DNA of 64,000 nucleotides from NCBI GenBank assembly GCA_010405405.1, contig MU004238.1, positions 1,499,530 through 1,563,529 of the forward strand. Reading direction: 5' to 3'. The position numbers were made by a program, and so were the translations under genes. Shown here piece after piece: positions 37,164 to 48,487 of this stretch. Origin of the DNA: Microthyrium microscopicum. Taxonomy: Eukaryota. Each line of letters starts with the position of its first letter. The first letter of the stretch is position 1. The notes under the pieces were generated by a model. It saw nothing but the letters and a program-made list of their open reading frames with translations, made no database searches and was not told the DNA's origin.

Positions 37164-37687
37164 CTATAACCGAGGAGGCACAAACTTCTCTCCGGGAGTA
37201 CAGCACACTGCGATCTTGTCCGGCTTGCCGGTACGTTTGCTCAGACATGTTGGTCGTGGTGTATTGGTCTCATGGCAGTTGTAGCTACAAGTGGTGAGTG
37301 ATGATAAGTTAATCAATGGACTAGACTTACATAAGCCCAGAGTTGTTTTTGGCAGTGATATCGGCGTATTTCGTGATTGGAGGATATGCACTTGCGCAAG
37401 TAAAGGGAAGACCACTACGGCAGACAACCTCCAGTGTTTTGATACGAGTTGCTGGCCCAAAGTAATGTATCATATGTTCATCACAGTCCGAGTTGTAAAC
37501 CGTATCTGTCATAATCAGCAAGACGGTATAGCTCTCAGCATCCTAAAGAAGACTTACATAATGTATTTGTTCGATCATTTGTAGGCAATTGCGCTGAGCC
37601 CACAGCGAGGTTACCAGGTAGACACACCGCTAAAGTGTGATACAAGAGGCATGATACTGCCCACAGAGTACACAAAAACTGTCTCAT
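37164..37687 (-). CDS. Small secreted 8-Cys protein, paralog B; 3 exons
   Basis: Spliced product: MRQFLCTLWAVSCLLYHTLAVCLPGNLAVGSAQLPTNDRTNTLYTVYNSDCDEHMIHYFGPATRIKTLEVVCRSGLPFTCASAYPPITKYADITAKNNSGLIYNCHETNTPRPTCLSKRTGKPDKIAVCCTPGEKFVPPRL*. Confidence 0.85.
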
Positions 37688-38824
37688 TTTTGTCACTTTC
37701 CAAGTTTCTTGACTTACGCTTGATGATAAAGATCAGATATCAAAAAGATAGTGATGCTTGTGGAGAATATGAAGACATAAGATATATGTTCGCCTCGTAG
37801 GGCTCTATATTCGTTCATGTTTCTGAATGATAATCGCACAAAGCCCACTGTTGCGAGTTATTTGAGATCGAGCATCAAGGGTTTGATACAAAATTGTTTC
37901 ACATAGAAGTTCTACTGTACTATTGATACTGGTACGGGAATATCAAAAGAAAGACTAGAAACTCTAGTAATCAGAAAAGTACCGCTGTTACTAGTTAGTG
38001 ACCGCTAAAGGATAAAAAAGGTAGGAGTATAATGAATCTCCCTGGACGAGTGATCTCTCAGAGCTCAGAGCACGGTTATGTGCTCTTCGTTACTGCTCAC
38101 ACGTATCATAATGCCCCGTAGAACGATACCTAGGTACCTAGGTACCAGTAAAATGTTTTCCTGCATGTGTGAGTGATATCTGAAAATGATTGAGACTTGG
38201 CGGCTTATCGTGGACACAGGCCTGTAAAAGCATATGACTTGGGAAGTAGCTTCGCTCTCAAATCCGAATTCTACGTGAGCCTCACTTAACTTCTCCACGT
38301 CTGTTGGTTAAGAGACAAACATATGCTCGATCATCGTTTTAGATCAAGGATCATCCGGAAGCTCACTGTTCTAACGCTAGCTGCATCTGTGCGGAATCCA
38401 GCTCATCTTGATATCTTTTCTGGTGAATAGCTTAGCGCAAGGGTTCACAGATAGTCTGCTCGAAACCCTTTCATGCCGGTGGCGCCTTCCTATCTGCATT
38501 ACAACATGAGACTAGAATGACCTGGCCGGGTGAAGTTTAGCCTCGAAACCTTCTTCATGACGGACTTCTGCTGACCTGGCGGTCAGAAGCACCTCAATAT
38601 TTGATCATGGGATGGCAATATGTACCTAGGTAGGAAGGTAGGTGAGTAGGCAGTCGCTGCCAAAATCAGTCACTGTTGGCGCCATCTATCAATCCTCGCG
38701 GTCTATAAAATCAAAATGTCGTTGGGCTTCTTCTACAACTCTGCTTCAAATTTCAAACACCACATCTCAAGTTCTCAGCAAGAAAACCGAACGTTCGCAA
38801 TCTCGACTCAACAAGTGCGTCAAA

Positions 38825-39283
38825 ATGAATTCTCTCACATCCATCATGAAGATCGTCATGGTCTTCTTCCTCCTACTCTGCGCATCCACAGTCAACGCTG
38901 TGTGCAACGGCTATTCTCTTGCAATTGGCAACCGCCAGGATTGGGCCGGCCGTGGCTCATGTAAGTTAACAGGTCCCTGGCTGTCCAGCTCCAACTAACG
39001 ATGTACTTCTTAGGGACTGTCTACCGCAATGATTGCAGCGTCGTGACTTCTTGGGTTGGAAATAACCCTTGCACCGACTCTGGCATTTTCAGCTGCTCTC
39101 CCGCTCCGATTCATTTCAACCAATTCAGAGATGCCGCTGGTACTATGTAAGTCCATTCGCTGTTTGTCCGCACGATTTCGGGGTTACTAACACCTTGAAA
39201 GGCACTATTGTGTTCCTGAGCCGGCTCGTGAGGCGTGTGGGAATGCACTTGGTCCAGATATCCTCAGTGTTTGCTGCTATTGA
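38825..39283 (+). CDS. Small secreted 8-Cys protein, paralog C; 3 exons
   Basis: Spliced product: MNSLTSIMKIVMVFFLLLCASTVNAVCNGYSLAIGNRQDWAGRGSWTVYRNDCSVVTSWVGNNPCTDSGIFSCSPAPIHFNQFRDAAGTMHYCVPEPAREACGNALGPDILSVCCY*. TATAAAA at ~38705. Confidence 0.88.
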
Positions 39284-40259
39284 GCCGGGGAAGGTTCAAG
39301 ATGAATGACTTGAACATGATTGCAGCATCTTTGACATTCAGTTGACTGCTGTTCAATGAACCAAGGGCTGCTTTGTGCACTTCCAACTTCTTGGTGTGGA
39401 ATAATTGCTTGATTGTTATTGGCAACTAGATCTTGATAGAATGAAAAGTACTTGCGAAAACCTGCGCCTTATAAGGCTATTGATCTCGTGACTCTTTGGT
39501 AATTTGACAGTTGTGCTCTGGATGTGCTCTGGTTTGATTATACATGTCCTCTTACGTTGTTATAGACCACTGTCCAGAGTTCTGATTACAAGGGGACCGC
39601 AGAGCCTCATGCAAGCTTCTAAGGTTGGAGCTGACGACGTTTCCGGGTTCGTGGTGAGTGTTGATTGGGTATTGTCAATACCAGCAGAATACCTTTAACC
39701 TATAGGGTCTATGGCCACAGATACAAAGAGTATGGACAGAGTTGAGGGTAAAATCGACGCAGATTTTAGCATGATGAGAATAACAGAAGATTCAAAGCTG
39801 CATGGACTTCAGCTCATAATGCGGCTGAGCGTCGCACCCTAGATTTGTATAGCTGCTCTCTTAAACCACGATATCTCGGAAGATATGCAGGATACTTCAG
39901 GCTGAGTGCTATCATTGCAACCTTTCAGCTACCTCGAGCGCTTCACCTCAAAATTTTGCCTTTCGCAGAGGTGCTCTGTCACCATGGGAGATCAGCTACA
40001 GGCAGCCTGTGGTTAGAGGTAGGTGTCCAGATCGTCAGTCTCCGGAAAAGTCACTCAATGGCGGTTCATATCGCAGTGATTTTCAAGAGCTTACTTCAAG
40101 GCAAAGGATAAAGCAGTCTCATCAATACCACACTGCTCACTGCTCACTGCTCTCCTTTCCGCACAACTCACTCCAATTCCCAGCATTTGCCTTTTCTTGT
40201 CCCAGCAGCGCTACTTCCACGAATTCTGCTTTCGCAATCCTTTTCCACAGCAGTCCAAC

Positions 40260-41117
40260 ATGTCGTGGTACGAGATTGTTCGAACTGCTCGAAAATACCC
40301 CAAAGTTGCTCCCCCAGCGCCTATGTGCGCCGACTGCGATGCATGCTCGAAGACTCTGTCCGACGATGGGTGGTTCCTTGCGCCGGACCTAACATCCACT
40401 GATTTGGACGACCTTGAGCAACCTGGGACGGCCATTACCAACGTCTCTGGCACGCCGACAGCCATTATACAGGATCCTTCAGCGATAGCTTCAGCACAAC
40501 CTCTAGAGGAAGTTGATAGCCCACCGGATTACGAGGAGCTGGTCCACCAGCCACCCCCCAGCTACACACGCATTCAGCGACCGTCAGAGCCTCGATTGCC
40601 TGAAGGCGCTGGTGCGTTTATCACACGTGCCGCTGATTGCGGACAGCGAGTTATATACGCGCCCAACCTGAACAATTTCAAAGGTGGTTGGGTCCACGAT
40701 CGCGGATTTCGAGGCGTCCCAGGCAAAGAGCACGGCTATCGCGTGATTGACTGGCGATGGGCGCGACGATACGGCACTTGGATGATGATCATTGACAAGA
40801 GAAAGAGTCCAGGTATGGAATGCAAACGACTGGACACCAATGGGTACCCGTTGAAATATCATATCCATTACTACAATCGACAGTCGAATCGCTGGAGCCA
40901 TGCTGGAAAAGCCTGTAAGTCGTCATAATTCCTAGCTCTTGAATTTCTACTGACTAGCCTAGTCCAGAAACACGAAGACATCCCCGGTTTCTGGATCCGA
41001 TTGCTTCCAGAAACCGACCGGTATTGGCGTTCCAAACTGCGAAGCGAATCAGGAATTGCGCCAATGACCTACAACAATCAGTATACAGGTAGGTCCTTCA
41101 TGGGTGTTCCATTCTAA
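40260..41117 (+). CDS. Orphan protein with CxxCxxC, two PPxY motifs and a Trp-rich C-terminal region; 2 exons
   Basis: ORF MSWYEIV..CADCDAC..SPPDYEE..PPPSY. A GTAAGT..CTGAC..CTAG intron (~40915-40962) joins to QKHEDIPGFWIRLLP...GVPF*. Confidence 0.6.
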
Positions 41118-41826
41118 GTTTGAGATTCTGGAGGCTTTGGCAAGAATGGCCTCTGACTGATGATTGAATTTCAGAGTCCAGAGACTATTCTTGGGCTGCT
41201 GCGTTAACATTTCCTAGTCTTTGGTAACTTGCCTTGGGCAGCTTATCGTTAATGCCGGTATAGAAATATCTCAGATGAGACAACCTAGATCTCAACAGTC
41301 TCAGATGGGCCGGCTTGAACCGTGGCCAGGTTGTTCTATATGTGAGACGATGAACACGACGCGCCGACATGATCAAGACGCGCCGCCATGAGAATATCTT
41401 AGCGATGTAGTTGGTCGAGAGTACTATGATGGAGTCCGGTATACAGATCAAATACAATAGTATTTGCCATGTCCCAGAGTAGACTTCATGTTATCGTAGT
41501 TGGACATCTGGTTGCTGATAAGAGTTGTTTGTAGGCTGTAGTGATGTTGAAGGGTGATCAGACGGAGAGAGATACTGTATGGAGTCCAGTGTCAGGTCCG
41601 GCTGCACTGTGGTGTGGCTGAAAGACGATGTCCAAGCAGCCAATCAAGCGATCATCGGCATCATCGGATGATCTGATGGACGCTACTGCTTCCAACAGTT
41701 TGAAGCCTTTTACCAACCACCATTTATGTGAGCTTCACAAGCATGCGACCTTCTTCAATTCTCTAAACTAACAACTTCAGAGCGCATGGACAGCTTCTTG
41801 TCTATCGCGAGCCTTTTACACCCATA

Positions 41827-42858
41827 ATGTCTACGACATCGTTCCACCTACCAGCCCTCCCCACCACAGCTCGAGTACGAACCGCTCTTGTAAAGATTCC
41901 ACTCGCGACCAAAGTTTTTCTAGCCATCATACTTTTATTCTGGCTCATAAGTTATATCAACGGTTTCCCGAAATGGGCTCAATTAGCACCCGACCTAGTC
42001 TTTGGCGGAGGAGGTATGCGAACGACAGAAAAAGCCCCTTTATGGTATGGAATAAAAGGCTAATTAATGACATGAACAGCCCATAGATTATCAACATATC
42101 CTTTCCTTCATCTCGGCCTCTTCCACACAGTAATCAACGTCCTCGCTCTCGCACCACTCCTAGAGCGCTTCGAGCTCGAAAACGGCACCCTCGTCACCGC
42201 TCTTCTCTTCTCAGGCCGTATGTACACCTTCTCCTCAAACAAACTACATCGCTAACAGCCGGTAGCTTTCTCATCATTTCCCGGCGTCCTTTACACCCTC
42301 ATCTGCAAGCTCTTCAGCATCAAAACCCCCGTCCAAGGAGCTAGGTAACCTATCCCACTCGTTCATCGTTGCTCTACAGAGTACTGACAGCATCACAGTA
42401 TCTGGACATTTCTCCTCCTCACATCAACACTCTACCGCGCCTCCCTAACTACACCCTACATCTCCCTGCCCATCCCCACGCTCGCCAACTCCTCCGGCGC
42501 ACCACCAACCACACCTAATCCCTATCGTATCCCCACAGCCCTCCTACCCCTTATCGCTATCCTAGTCACTGCATTCATCATCCCCGGCACGTCGCTGCTC
42601 GGCCATCTGTGCGGCGCGCTCATTGGCTACGGATGGGGAGCTGGCATACTCAAGTTTCTCGCACCACCAGAGAAAATTCTGAGGTGGGCGGAGGAGAAGC
42701 TGCAGTTGCGCGCGCGTCTGCCGGGCAGCTATGTCGCAGTGGATCGGTCGAGTGGAGGAAGATATGGCCTGCTGCCAACAAGGGAGAATGGAAATGTAGA
42801 ATTGGGGACAGTTGGCGGAAGTAGTGGTGGCTTTGGAGAGGGAAGTCGGCATGAGTAG
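41827..42858 (+). CDS. RBD2: Rhomboid protease (Rbd2-like); 4 exons
   Basis: HRLSTYPFLHLGLFHTVINVLALAPLLERFE, VQGAS (catalytic Ser), PGTSLLGHLCG (catalytic His), LAPPEKILRW. Confidence 0.85.
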
Positions 42859-43075
42859 AGATGGCAAGTGGGAGATAATGATTTGCATTGATTGGCGTTT
42901 TTTCTTGCGATTGTTGGCACGATAGCGACTTTAGTGGTATTGCTAATAGAATAAATCATGTCTTTCTAGCTGCGATTGGACCCGTAGATCAAGTGGGCGA
43001 ATGTTTAGTATCAAAACTAATCAGGATCTTGTATTCGAAGGTATAAGTATGCCAAAACTCAATGCATTGGTGCGA

Positions 43076-44869
43076 CTATGCGTCCACCTTTACTGCAGGA
43101 TCGACAGCTGGTGTCCCTATTACTGCTCCGGTCTTCTCATCTGCCGATTGAGCTATCGCAGAGTCTTTTGCTTGCGTGCCTTCTGATATTGATGAGGCAC
43201 GAGCCGCTTCGGGCTTTATTACACCGCTTTGGTGGGTGACTCCAGATAGTTCTCCGTTTCGATCATACAAGCTTCTTGCCCGAACTAACGGATCGATGGC
43301 CCAGTAATTTGTAAATAGCTTGCCCGCGATCTCATCGCGCTTTGCTCTCGACTTGTCAAAGCCCTCTTTATCTGACTCTTGTAGAGTAGCCCATTGTTTG
43401 ATGGTATCCTCATATTCTGTCGCCAAACTTCTCCGTGCGGTTTCCAACTCTGTCTTCTTTGCTACATCTTTCATGCCCTCATTCTCGCCCGGAACTGGCT
43501 CGATATATTCGTATGAATATTTGTCTGGACCACCAAGTTCTTTGATGATGTTATCCTGGTTGATAAATTCGCTGAGGTCGTTCAGGTTGTTGGTAAAGTG
43601 CACTTTGCTGGCCACGACGGGATCAAGCCAGCCACGGATGACTTTCCAGATGCCTTGGAATACCCAGGGTGCTTTGTGGACGAGTACTGCACCCAGCGAT
43701 TCAGGGTAGTTTGCTTCAAAGCATTTGATCATGAACTTGACTGGCGCATAATCCATGTTGGACAATCCAAAATCCGTCATGTCAAAGATAATAGACTAAA
43801 GATGATGAGATGAGAGCCTCACATGAGAAGATGCACTTACTGCTGTGTCTACGGAAGGTTTGAGCATTAGTCTGGCAGTTTCAATTGTGTAAACAGTGAA
43901 GCGCTCTAAACTTTCTTCGCTCTGATCTCCAGCATGATGTAGCCGCACACGAACATAACAGCAAGGCCGGCCTTCCTTGTCCACGCCGCGGATGAAGCTT
44001 TTGCCTAATCTTATTTGTTCCATGAAATCACTTCCGAGCTTCTTTTCGGCTGCATCCGTGCTTTGCGCTGCATCTAGCATACCCATCTCGCCTTTGTAGA
44101 TAATCTCGGAGTCAACCTTGGAATCTGAAAGCCGCCAGTGTAGCGCTGATATTGCCATGACCATGGCTGCATGTACATCCCATTTTCGCGCGCGCAGAAA
44201 TCGTAGTAGTAAGGCATCGGGATGATCATGCTTGACCATTTGCCAGAATGCATCTCTTAGCTCCTCCGGTGACGAGTTTGCCATAGCTTCTTTGAACAAT
44301 GCGCCCTGTCCATGCTTGTCATTTCCCGCACTTCCACTGTGTTCGAGATCTGTGACGGTAGAGTGGAAGGCTGATGGTTGAGAGGGCGGTGCGGTTTCTT
44401 CTTTGTGACGCCGAAATAAACCAAACCTTGATTTGCGAGACGATGTTGATGCGGGTTGCGAGGGTTCGGAGGTGTCTTCAGTTGGCGCAGGCTGCGAAGG
44501 CGTAGGTTCAATGGCCCCAAAGAGCTTTGCAGATAATATCCAAAGCTCCCGGAGCTTGATCTCTTCTTCTGCTGTCAAGTTCCCTGGTCGACCGGGTAAA
44601 GTGGAGCCCGTCATAATGGGGACGGGAGTAGGCTCTTGTTCGGCCCCAAAAAGTCTCGAGGGAGAGCTTTCGGATGTATTAAGTGTGGTAGAGAATAGAA
44701 AAAGAGTCGCGACAGATGTTCCCAGCAAGAGCTTGAATCGAAGAGGCAACGTCCTGTGTGGAGTGGTCCAAAGTGATCTAGCAGTATAATTATTAGATGG
44801 CGTAGCACGATGAGCAAACGTTGATCGTAGTATGACGAGTGACGAAGGTCTAGACAGAAACGCAGCCAT
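43076..44869 (-). CDS. CSR1: CRAL-TRIO/Sec14 phosphatidylinositol transfer protein (Csr1-like); 2 exons; alternative start at 44614
   Basis: PGRPGNLT, HDHPDALLLRFLRARKWDV, GKSFIRGVDKEGRP, FDMTDFGLSNMDYAPVKFMIKCFEANYPESLG, GWLDPVVASKVHFT. Confidence 0.9.
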
Positions 44870-45504
44870 AAAAGAGGAACATAAGCAGATCGATTGGCAA
44901 TGGAGACTCAAGTCTTCCGGAGGAGCCGGGGATGTGAGGGTTTGTAGGGGCGCTGGGCGCAAGTATATTAAACGAAACACATGATTGCGCCAGGAGCAAA
45001 GATGAGTCGAGTAGATGGATGGATTTAAATTGAGCTATTTGTGCTAACTGAGTCGTGGCAATGCGCTAAAATGGGCAATTGAGTGGATTGTGGGCGACTA
45101 AACATCAAAATCAGCATGAAGTTGACGATGACTTCAGCGGGGACATGCGCTAGACTGTTTTTGCGTACCAATACCCTAGCGTGGCTGGTCGTAATTTATC
45201 TCCAAAAGCGGCTGGCACTTTTTTTGGCTAACTTCAACTCCCGTTTCACGAGGCTCCAAGATCTGATTGCATATGTTTTTATCGAGTTTCTAATCGAGAA
45301 GGAGTTGTCTTGAATCCAATCGAATTCGAAAGCTCTTACTGAATCTAGCAGGCAAGACCAGATAAAGTGGTGTGGTGTGGTCGACTACTTCCTCCACCTT
45401 AAACTCGCAATTTCTTAGTCGAGACACTTTTTGCAACGCGACTGATGACAACCTCATACTGCTTGTAGCCCACCATTCCATCGCCTTGCTCTAGAAAAAA
45501 TGCT

Positions 45505-47118
45505 ATGATCAGGCGTCCTCTATCGCAATCACCAAGAAAAATGGCATCTTTCGTTTCTACTCTCGTTTCGCCTAAGCCTGGCACAGAGGCTTATTCGTTG
45601 AACGCTCTCAAGCGCTGGGGTTGCAACGATCCAACTTTGCCGCCAATCAATCAAATTAAGGAACTTCATGTTTATGATTTTGATAACACCATATTCATGA
45701 CACCCCTCCCCAACAGAAGCATATGGGAATCAACGCTTGCAAATCGCCTGCAAAACGAAGATGTTTTTCTCAATGGTGGATGGTGGCACGACCCTGGCAT
45801 CCTGACAGCCACCGGAGAAGGCATCGCAGTTGAGGAACCACGAGCCTGGGAAGGATATTGGAATGAGAAGGTTGTTGAACTCATTCGTTTGTCAATGGAG
45901 CAACCTGATGCTCTCACTGTGCTGTTAACTGGCCGTGGCGAAGAAAGATTTTCAGATTTGGTTCAACGCATTTGCAAAAGCAGGAAGCTTGTCTTTGATC
46001 TTTACTGTCTCAAGCCTGTTACTGGACCACTTGGCGAGAAGTTTTCTACCATGAAGTTCAAGCAGGCATTTCTCACTTCCCTCATGAATACCTATCGCGA
46101 GGCTCAATCTATCCGAGTATACGACGACCGCATCAGACACGTACAAGAATTCCGCGAATTCCTGGAAGACTTTAATCAAGACATTGCCCAAGGAGTCACA
46201 ACTATTCGACCACGGATCAATGCGGAAGTTTTGGAAGTCATTCAATTACCAGGAACTCTCGATCCGGTTATGGAAACTGCAGAAGTTCAAAAAATGATCA
46301 ATAATCACAACTCGGCGATACGCAATGGGACGGCACCTCCAGGGACAAAACCGCAGAAGCTTGATAAGAGAGTGATCCTCACCGCATATCTGGTCAAGTC
46401 GACGAGCGCATCCGATCGCTTGCTCGGAATGGTTCCTATTCCAGAGGCGGCCAGACGGATGGCTAATTCTGTCATCATCACCACTTATCCAGCCCCGAAA
46501 GAGGTGCTCGATCGAGTTGGTGGTCTAGGAGCGCGTTGCCGCTTCAAAGTCATTAGCCTTGGATCGTATAATAATCGTATCTGGGCTGCTAGACTTGAAG
46601 CAATCGGACAATCCGCATACTCATCACTGGGCCATTTGCAAATGGTTTTGGCAATGGACAAAAGAGCAAAAGCGACTGAAGTTAGAAGCATCAAGAACTG
46701 GAAGCCGGTACTACCGCATAACATGTACGAGTTCGACACGGTTGTGGGCGAAGTCTTTCGTCTCACATTTGGCGAGGACTTTGGCCCTGATGGTCCAACA
46801 CAAGTCGACGACTCGCGAAACCAACCACCTCCTCACAAACGCCGTACTCTCACCCACGTTGGTCAAAATTCAAACCGAATGGACGTTGACCATCCTCCTC
46901 CTCAGCAGTCTGGACAGCGCGGCGGTTTCAGAGGAAAGCCGCATGCTCCACGAGGAAACCGCGGTGGACGTGGAGGATTTCAGCCACGAGGAGGGAGCAA
47001 TCATCGAGCTCGTGGCCGTGGCTACTCTACCGGCCCACCACGCCCACCACACTACACCGACTATGATGCGCAAGGGCAGGGGCGAGACAAAGATGCAAGC
47101 ATGTATGCAAATTACTAG
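45505..47118 (+). CDS. HAD-superfamily 'Swiss Army Knife RNA repair-like' protein with RGG tail
   Basis: HVYDFDNTIF (DxD), GGWWHD, TVLLTGR, IRVYDDR; C-terminal RGG repeats. Confidence 0.85.
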   Translation: MIRRPLSQSPRKMASFVSTLVSPKPGTEAYSLNALKRWGCNDPTLPPINQIKELHVYDFDNTIFMTPLPNRSIWESTLANRLQNEDVFLNGGWWHDPGILTATGEGIAVEEPRAWEGYWNEKVVELIRLSMEQPDALTVLLTGRGEERFSDLVQRICKSRKLVFDLYCLKPVTGPLGEKFSTMKFKQAFLTSLMNTYREAQSIRVYDDRIRHVQEFREFLEDFNQDIAQGVTTIRPRINAEVLEVIQLPGTLDPVMETAEVQKMINNHNSAIRNGTAPPGTKPQKLDKRVILTAYLVKSTSASDRLLGMVPIPEAARRMANSVIITTYPAPKEVLDRVGGLGARCRFKVISLGSYNNRIWAARLEAIGQSAYSSLGHLQMVLAMDKRAKATEVRSIKNWKPVLPHNMYEFDTVVGEVFRLTFGEDFGPDGPTQVDDSRNQPPPHKRRTLTHVGQNSNRMDVDHPPPQQSGQRGGFRGKPHAPRGNRGGRGGFQPRGGSNHRARGRGYSTGPPRPPHYTDYDAQGQGRDKDASMYANY

Positions 47119-47414
47119 TAGACAGATTTGCACTACATCTTGCCGGTTCTCTCTGCTGCTATACTGTATGCTAAGAAGGAGTTGACGGCGTTTGCGCCCA
47201 AGCGATACCCTGGTGTTTGTTTGTTATACTAGTCTTTCTTGTCGTTACTAGTCTGTTCACTGAATGAAAGAAAACTCCATAATACTTTGTCTCCATTAAC
47301 ACTTGTCAACACCTCATGAAGTGAAGATCAATAACATCATAACATCCTCAGTACTCTTGTTATACCTCTCCACAGTCCTCACAACCACTTATTCCCTCTC
47401 TCAATATCATCATC

Positions 47415-47903
47415 ATGTCGGACCGACTCCATACCGCCTCAGCCAGCACCATAACCACATCTTCAATCCCGATCCCCAATACTCAACCCAATAACCAACC
47501 CAATCTCCAATCAAAACGCCAAGCCAATAACGAAATTCTCCAAACTACCCGGGATCTCTTCGATACAGACACCCCCGAAACCGTTCTGGCTAAAATCCAT
47601 ACATACAACATCGACATGATCGCTTCGCGCATGGCGATCGATCACCCATCGACCACGCCCACGAATGTAGATCTACCAATGGTGTATATGTGCTGCGGCT
47701 GTCTGCGCGTCTGCTTCGTGCCATTACAGGTCAAAGGCTCGCCATGCAAATGCTCGAGCAGCTATTGTCGACATGTGCCGGCAGATAACGGGTGCTGTGG
47801 GGCCAGTGTGGAGTGGTTGTTGGACTTTAATATCAAGGTCTGGTTGAGATATGTTGAGATTCTGGAAGAGAAGAATGGGAAGGTTGCGGAGAGTGCTGGG
47901 TGA
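47415..47903 (+). CDS. Small hypothetical protein with Cys-rich segment
   Basis: 162-aa ORF; MCCGCLRVC...CKCSSSYCRH...GCC; ATG in CATCATGT context. Confidence 0.45.
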   Translation: MSDRLHTASASTITTSSIPIPNTQPNNQPNLQSKRQANNEILQTTRDLFDTDTPETVLAKIHTYNIDMIASRMAIDHPSTTPTNVDLPMVYMCCGCLRVCFVPLQVKGSPCKCSSSYCRHVPADNGCCGASVEWLLDFNIKVWLRYVEILEEKNGKVAESAG

Positions 47904-48487
47904 TGGAGTGGGTGATATTGGCGAAAGTTGGAGAGGACGGGATGAATCAGGACATGGAGAAATGTAATGCGGTTTTTTGGATGAGGTTGTCGGTTTGGAA
48001 AGTCTGGTGGAAGGTTTGGAGTATGTATCTTCTTTATGGAGCAGCGGTTTTGACCAGCTTGGTTATCGTTCTAGTGCAGTTGGGTATCATATGCTAAATA
48101 CAAATGGCTAATACAAAAAGCAGAAAAATCGATGTAGAGCCGAGACAGAGAATAATCGCAATGGACATGCAAGATCCAGCTCCTGCCACAAAAACTTCTG
48201 AAGGCATTCTGTGCAATCTAGCTTTAAGGCCATTGAGAGCTGTACCATCCAATCTCAATCATAAAAGGGCATATCGTAATACATATCCATCGGCCGTAAG
48301 CAGAGATCCAGTGAAGATACGCCTTCCGTAACGATGTGGTAGCCAGGCATAAAGTAGAGTAAACCGAAAGACGAGCGATACGGATAAGTATGTCGTAACG
48401 ACATCGATGATGAACAGACAGAAAGTGTTCAAACACCATTCCCCTTTTGACAGCCAGGAGAGTCAAATATCCCAAGGGCATGAGCTG

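Noticed and set aside
38126..38146. TACCTAGGTACCTAGGTACC palindromic mini-repeat
   Set aside because: Too short; TAGGTA-type repeats are common in fungal intergenic DNA.
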